From the NCBI GenBank assembly GCA_951406725.2, contig OX597825.1, positions 25,358,001 to 25,422,000 on the forward strand: a stretch of DNA of 64,000 bases, given 5' to 3'. Shown in pieces: positions 56,750 to 64,000 of this stretch. The position numbers and the translations under genes were made by a program. The notes below the pieces were generated by a model. That model was not told the DNA's origin. It saw nothing but the letters and a program-made list of their open reading frames with translations, and ran no database searches. Positions within the stretch are counted from its first letter, which is position 1, and each line of letters begins with the position of its first letter. This DNA is from Octopus vulgaris. Taxonomy: Eukaryota.

Positions 56750-57781
56750 GGTTAAGTTTCGCAGATTAGCATTAAAGAAATTATAAAATAAAAAAAGAAA
56801 TGAAAGGGTGAGGGATAGAAAAAAATTTTGCGAAGAAGAATCTATAAAAATAGAAAGCAGCGTATTCGCTGCCTCTTCTATCATCTGTCACAGTAGCGAG
56901 AAAGCGGTGGTGGTGGTGGTAGTGGTGGGGCTCCGGCATGTCAAAACATTAAACTAGCTACAGTAAACAATGAAAAACATTAAAAGATTCTCAAGCAAAT
57001 TAAATAATTAAAAGTTATGAGCAAACCAACAGGAGTTACTAGAAATTACAGTCAAAACATTGCTTAAAACAGACATTTATTAGTTTAAAAAATTCAAGAA
57101 CAAATGTTTGCAATACACTCTAGGATTTTATAAAATAAATTATCTTTCTCATATCTCCTTCTCAACATAAATTCACAAAGATAAGACTCAACCGTGAAAC
57201 AGTGTGTCCTACACCGGCGTTTGTTTCCAGGTTTTAAAGATGCCTATGTCTCTTAATTTGTTGAGTGTGAGTCCCAGCTTTTGAGTTCATAAATTCAATG
57301 TTATGGTTCACAGTTTTATCTTCGAAATCATAGCCCACGATTTCTGGGATATGATTATAAGCTCGCCACAGGTCACTGAAGAAGGGTTCCTGGAAGAACT
57401 GAGTGTCGTATGCAGTCCTTGTTTACATTTCTTGTGCGCATGCGCAGCATTTTTGGTTACTATGAAAACAGAGTTCTTCGCAATCAGCTAGGGAACACGT
57501 GGTGCTTCTTTGCTTACAATGCTGACAGAAGTTCATGGAGATGTGTAAAATACTCGATTCTGGTTGGCTAAAATACCCAAATTTTGCAAACTTTAAAGGC
57601 TAGTAACTTTTTAATTATAAATTTATTGGAAAAATTAATTTCATTTTCATAATTTACTTTTCAAAATGTACCTACTGTACCATTCTAAATCCTTTGAGAA
57701 TGTTGTAACCAGGTGAAGGCTGTTTTTGATATAATGCATATTCTTTGCATATAGTTTTAATTCATCCACAGTGTACCTACT

Positions 57782-58218
57782 GTACATTTTGGCTATCTAA
57801 CCCCCATTAACCCCCATTAAAAAATTGGGTTATCTTCCCCAACTAAAAAGATTGTTTAATCCTCAATAAAACAAAAACAATATGAAAAATTAATAAACAT
57901 AAAACGTGAAAAGATTAAACATCTTATTGAATCTGATAATATTTTTATAACAAATTATTCAAAACTGAAAAAAATTAATAAATATGAAAACTGAAAAAAT
58001 TAAATATCCTATTGAATTTAATAACATTTTTATAACAAATCATACCGTGCCAATTGAGAAGGCCAAAAGTCAACAATGTGTTGAAGCATTGAATCAAAAG
58101 GATCTAACCCTTTTAATGCAATCTCTTGTCGCCACATAAACTCAATTTTTTTTAGTGGGGAGATAACCCAATTTGTTAATGGTAATTTTTTAATGGAGAT
58201 GAGATAACCAAAATGTGC
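57782..58218. mobile_element. MITE-like element with ~75-bp imperfect TIRs
   Basis: acattttggctatct...ttgggttatcttccccaactaaaaagattg versus caattttttttagtggggagataacccaa...agataaccaaaatgt. Confidence 0.65.
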
Positions 58219-58269
58219 CAATTATTATATAAAAACTTAATCCATATACCGAATTTGAAAACAATTAGG

Positions 58270-58870
58270 ACAAAATTGTAAACAGTGACGATAACCATAA
58301 AAATCCCAGCCGAATAAAGAAAATATGGACCTCGGAACGCTCTGCTCTGCATTCAATAAAACTGTGGCTCATAATGTGCTTGCAGTGCCAGTATTCATAC
58401 CAACATTTGGGCTGCTTGACTTGACGCTTGATGAGATCCGAGTCATTCATGTGAAAACCCGAAAGATACTACAAGCACACAATTTCCACCTCAACAGGGA
58501 TGTAGACCGCCTCTGCCTAAAACTAAAACAATCGGCAGAGACTTGACATCGATCTAAAATGCCTTTGAATGTCGTATCATATCCCTTCGGCAACATCTTT
58601 TAACTACCAAGTGCCGAAGTGTATTCTTTGACCAAGTTTGCATACATGACGCTGATAACATCATAAGACTTGGAAAGCAGTTCCTTGGACTGCATTCCTT
58701 GTCTGATGACCTTAAATACATGCCCAAGAAGTAGGACGACTTCACCACAATGTATCATCAGATGAAAAGATGAGGGTATATGAGCAGAAGACTATGCATG
58801 GATATGTTAGTAGAAAGCTCTGAGATGATAGTAACATCGATCGTCAAAGCAGTGTATCATGGACCAAAAG
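58270..58870 (+). mobile_element. R4/Dong-clade non-LTR retrotransposon fragment (RT thumb region)
   Basis: HNVLAVPVFIPTFGLLDLTLDEIRVIHVKTRKIL..HNFHLNRDVDRLCL..GRDL, then YEQKTMHG. Resembles R4-clade motifs AVPV..FG...W..E....D.KTRK.L..DVDRLY..GGRGL and K.LHG. Confidence 0.7.
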
Positions 58871-58997
58871 AGAGGTTTGGCAGATTGACCCGAAAAAAGT
58901 TAAAAAAAAAAGAAAAAGAAACGAAAAGGAGACGAATAGAATAAAAATCGCAAAAAAGAAAAAAATATATAAATATAATAGTGGAAAAAGAAAAAGA

Positions 58998-59069
58998 AGG
59001 GGACACCCGGGTTCGAACCGGGGACCTCTCGATCTGCAGTCGAATGCTCTACCACTGAGCTATATCCCC
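58998..59069 (-). tRNA. tRNA-Cys-GCA: tRNA-Cys (GCA)
   Basis: 72 nt; perfect T-stem CCCGG/CCGGG; T5 runs downstream. Confidence 0.97.
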
Positions 59070-59234
59070 AACTACCAGGATGTGTCAGTTTTGGCAAATT
59101 TAAAGAGAACGGACGTCCTCACTTGCGCCTATTAATGTTTATCGTTCCTATGATGCAATGTTGTTTTAATGAGGTCAGCTGTTGTATTTGTTTACGGCTT
59201 TCCCACTGACGAAATCTGGAGCATACATACATAC

Positions 59235-59552
59235 GGTACTACTCGAGAACAGTGGTCCTGGTGCGCGCACTCGCGTACTCGCGCATCCGCGTTAGCTAGT
59301 CACGACTAGTCGATCCTTACTTTGTGTTTTTGTGTGTTATTTGCTTTGTTTAAAAAATTATTTACTTCGTATTTTTGTGTTTTATTTACTTTATTTAACA
59401 AAAAATATTTACTTTGTGTAAAAAAATTATTTATTTTGTGTTTTATTTACTTTGCTAGGTAGTCGTTGTAGGATCGACTCGTCACGACTAGCTAGCGCGG
59501 ATGCGCGACTACGCGAGTGCGCGCACCGGGACCCCTGTTCTCAAGTAGTACC
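59235..59552. mobile_element. MITE-like foldback with ~86-bp CpG-rich TIRs inserted in (CATA)n
   Basis: ggtactactcgagaacag...agtcgatcct versus aggatcgact...ctgttctcaagtagtacc; T-rich spacer. Confidence 0.85.
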
Positions 59553-60600
59553 CATACATACATACATACATACATACATACATACATACATACATACATA
59601 CGTACGTACATACATACATACGTACATACATACATTCATACATACGTACATACACATATATATATACATACATACATACATACATACATACATACATACG
59701 TACATACGTACATACGTACATACATACATACATACATACATACATACATACATACATACGTACATACATACGTACATACATACATACATACATACATACA
59801 TACATACATACATACATACGTACATACATACGTACATACATACATACATACATACATACATACATACATACATACATACGTACGTACATACATACGTACA
59901 TACATACATACATACATACATACATACATACATACGTACGTACATACATACATACATACATACATACATACATACATACATACATACACACACACATACA
60001 TACATACATACATACAAATATACATGTCTGCAACATAATACTTTAAACAAAATGCTTCGAAAAACAAGCGTTTCGGATTTCGGGAAGTGTCGAAATCGTG
60101 AGAGCACATGAATAAATAACATGGAATATATATTCCGAGTCTCTGCGCTCAGAGTTCAAATCCCACCGAAGCCAACTTTGTAATGCATCCTATGGTGTTG
60201 AGAAATAACTCTCCAGGCGCAGGCATAATTGCGTGCTGAGAAGCTTGCTTCCCAACCACATTGTTCCGAGTTCAGTCCCTCTGCGTGTCACCCTGGGCAA
60301 GTCTTTTACTATATAGCCTCGGGCTGACCAAATCCTTGTGAGTGGAATTGCTAGACGGATACTGACAGAAACCCGTCGTATCTATCTATCTTTCTATCTA
60401 TCTATCTATCTCTTTTTTCTTTTTTTTCCTTTTTTTTCTTTTTTTCTTTTTTTTGTTCTTTTTTCCCTTTTACGATCCCTTTTGATCGAAAACCTACGCC
60501 ACCTTTGTTTTTCTTCTCCTCCAAAAGAAAAGCTCTACCTTGTAACTTGTCCCATCTGTGTGCAGCCCTGTGTGGCCAATAAAGAAACTTACTTATCTAT

Positions 60601-60681
<81 letters not shown>

Positions 60682-61495
60682 CATCCAAGAGTTAAGGAAC
60701 AGAATAGATAAGATCCGGGCTACATATGTTTCATAGCGAGTGGAACCCCAGAAGTGGTAAATATCCAAGCGAGGTGTATACCGCAGGCTACTCTTCTAAG
60801 CGACTGATCCTCAATATTGCAAGTATTGTTGTTATGGTTTAAAGAAAAAAAAGTCCTCTTTCTGTATGAGACACATAACCCAGCCCCGTCCCACCACACA
60901 CGTAGTCACACTCACAGATATTCTCATATTTCAGGATGACCTTCAGATTTTTGGTCCTGTTAGAGGATCATTAAAGAATCTCTGTATCTTGTAATGCATT
61001 TAATTCAATTCATTATTGCCCGGCTGCGAACGGAATCGATCTAATTATTGCATTGATCAGGTTTACAGTGAAGCAACTGTAAATTTGAGCCTTTATTTGT
61101 TTCAGTCATGTGTGTAGGACCTATTTATTGCCGAGTGGACTGTGGCACTTTAGAATTAAAATACCACGAATTTCTCACCCGAATCGACCATATTTAAGAC
61201 TTGTCCTTTTCCAGTGGGGGACCCGGACACACGAACACACATTACAAAATACACACATATCTACACACATACATATCTCCACGTATATGTGTGTAGATCA
61301 TCTTCCATAAAGCCACACCGACGTATCTATATATAGTGTGAAATATTGAGAAAGGGATAGAATAAGTGAGAGAGGGAGAGAGAGAAAGGGAGAGAGAGAG
61401 AGAGAGGGGGGAGACGGAGTCAGGTAGGGGAAACAAAAAAGAAATTAGAAACAAGGGAAAATATGCATAAAAATAATACAGTTGAAAAAAAAAGA

Positions 61496-61567
61496 AGGGG
61501 ACACCCGGGTTCGAACCAGGGACCTCTCGATCTGCAGTCGAATGCTCTACCACTGAGCTATATCCCC
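61496..61567 (-). tRNA. tRNA-Cys-GCA: tRNA-Cys (GCA)
   Basis: 72 nt, identical to the 55259 copy; T9 terminator downstream. Confidence 0.97.
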
Positions 61568-61771
61568 AACTACACGCAGGCTCTCTATTTTTGTTAATTT
61601 AAACAAAACAGTAGTTCTTATTTAGCCTATTGCTGTTTGTCATTTGAACTATGAATCAGCTGTTCTATTTTGTTTTTTCCCACTGACGCAATCTTGAACA
61701 ACCTGTTGTCAAGTTCTGTCGTGAAGCATAAACATATCGTGGTCAGCCGGATTTGGATACACACCCACCTA

Positions 61772-61815
<44 letters not shown>

Positions 61816-61872
61816 CTTGCCTGCCTGCCTACCTATCTACCTACTTACCTACCTACTTACCTACCTACATAC

Positions 61873-62291
61873 CTATTTCTTTATTACCCACAAGGGGCTA
61901 AACACAGATGGGGACAAACAAGGACAGACATTAAGTCCAGGTATTAAGTCGATTACATCGACTCCAGTGCGCAACTGGTACATAATTTATCGACCCCGAA
62001 AGGATTAAAGGCAAAGTCGACCTCGGCGGAATTTGAACTCACAACGTAACGCAGACGAGATACCGCTAAGCATTTCGCCCGGCGTGCTAACATTTCTGCC
62101 AGCTCACCGCCTTATACCTACATACCTATTTCTTTATTACCCACAAGGGGCTAAACACAGAGGGGACAAACAAGGACAGACATAGGTATTAAGTCGATTA
62201 CATAGACCCCAGTGCGTAACTGGTACTTAATTTATCGACCCCGAAAGGATGAGAGGCAAAGTCGACCTCGGCGGAATTTGAACTCACAACG
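61873..62291 (-). mobile_element. Two SINE family A copies in a (CCTA)n context
   Basis: Family A body and tail present twice. Confidence 0.82.
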
Positions 62292-62607
62292 TATACCTAC
62301 ATACCTACCTGTCTACATACCTACCTATCACCTACCTACCAACCTGCCTACCTACCTGCCTACCTACCTGCCTACCTACCTGCCTACCTACATACATATA
62401 TACATACATTCATACGCAGGGAGATATATACATATATATACATGCATACCATAACATACGTATATTCATGCATACATGGTTGCATGCTTACACACACATA
62501 CGTATGTGTGTGCGTGTGTATACACGGCCATGCAAATACACACACACACACACGTATATATGCCCCATACTTATACATAGATACAAACATACGTCTATGT
62601 ATGTATG

Positions 62608-62641
<34 letters not shown>

Positions 62642-62643
62642 TG

Positions 62644-62714
<71 letters not shown>

Positions 62715-62736
62715 TTCTCTCTCTGTCTGTCTGTCC

Positions 62737-62808
<72 letters not shown>

Positions 62809-62820
62809 GTCTGTCTGTCA

Positions 62821-62853
<33 letters not shown>

Positions 62854-63329
62854 CCCACCTACCTACCTACCTACCTACCTACCTAATTACCTACCTACAT
62901 ACCTACATACCTACCTACCTATCTATTTGCGAACACTGTCCCTCACCAGTCATTTCTATTACGTATTTATCCATTATATATAATATTTGCCGTAAATCAC
63001 CCAGATTAGCTGCTGACCTATATATATTCACACATATAAGTACTCTTCCTTTAAACTTTGTACAAACCACACACCACTTCTCATATATCCTTCCTTGTTG
63101 TCATTTCCTTTGTTTCTTTCTTAATCAAAGTTGTTCGACATGTTTCTACTCAGAAAGAGGAAATCGGAATCTAGATATAATAATACCCAGATGATAATAC
63201 TTTCCTAACACCTTGTATTTAAACAATACATTCTTGTCGTCAAATGTTTGTTTCGGAACACTTCTTCTCACAATGCCTATGTTCTATACAATTTTTTCAC
63301 GGAACCTGAAAAACTACAGCGGACCTCCG

Positions 63330-63480
63330 TACATACATACATACATACATACATACATACATACATACGTACGTACATAAATACATACATACATACATAC
63401 ATATATACATGCATACATACATACATACATACATACATACATACATTCATACATACATTCATACATACATACATTCATAC

Positions 63481-63511
<31 letters not shown>

Positions 63512-63540
63512 CATACATACATACATACATACATTCATAC

Positions 63541-63571
<31 letters not shown>

Positions 63572-63848
63572 CATACATACATACATACATACGTATATAC
63601 ATACATACATACTTACGTACATACATACATACATACATACATACATACATACATACTTACGTACATACATACATACATACATACATACATACATACATAC
63701 ATACATACATACATACATTCATACATACATTCATACATACATTCATACATACATTCATACATACATACATACATAAATACATACATACATACATATATAC
63801 ATGCATACATACATACATACATACATACATACATACATACATTCATAC

Positions 63849-63879
<31 letters not shown>

Positions 63880-63972
63880 CATACATACATACATACATAC
63901 ATACATACATACATACATACATACATACATACATACATACATACATACGTACGTACATACATACATACATAC
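63330..63972. repeat. (CATA)n microsatellite
   Basis: Direct reading. Confidence 0.95.
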
Positions 63973-64000
63973 AGAATATATATATTTTGAAAAAATATAT

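Noticed and set aside
60060-60110. 7-bp stem followed by GAAAcgc on the minus strand
   Set aside because: No CUGANGA upstream.

Overview
Eukaryotic, AT-rich, repeat-dominated genomic DNA with no supportable host protein-coding gene. Almost all long ORFs in the track are translations of microsatellites ((CATA)n, (TA)n, (CA)n, (CTAT)n, (CTT)n, (CCA)n). The SINE families and microsatellite load most resemble a cephalopod (Octopus-like) genome; this is from recall, not a search. Supported content: (1) four intact tRNA-Cys(GCA) genes at 53-62 kb, three of them inside diverged duplication units; (2) several decayed Tc1/mariner elements (a near-complete DD34E Tc1 with IR-DR ends, a DD34D mariner, other fragments), a non-autonomous Helitron, two MITE-like foldbacks, and RTE- and R4/Dong-like LINE fragments; (3) dozens of tRNA-derived SINEs, including multimers enclosed by a single TSD and a 2x2 head/tail module shuffle. 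The most interesting signal is a set of sequence-unrelated short elements, mostly beside (TA)n tracts, that each carry a type I hammerhead ribozyme fold with a palindromic helix III. About 7 are clear and several more are decayed; some have unusually long helix II. They suggest diverse Penelope-like/retrozyme-like non-autonomous elements. All folds and coordinates were read by eye.
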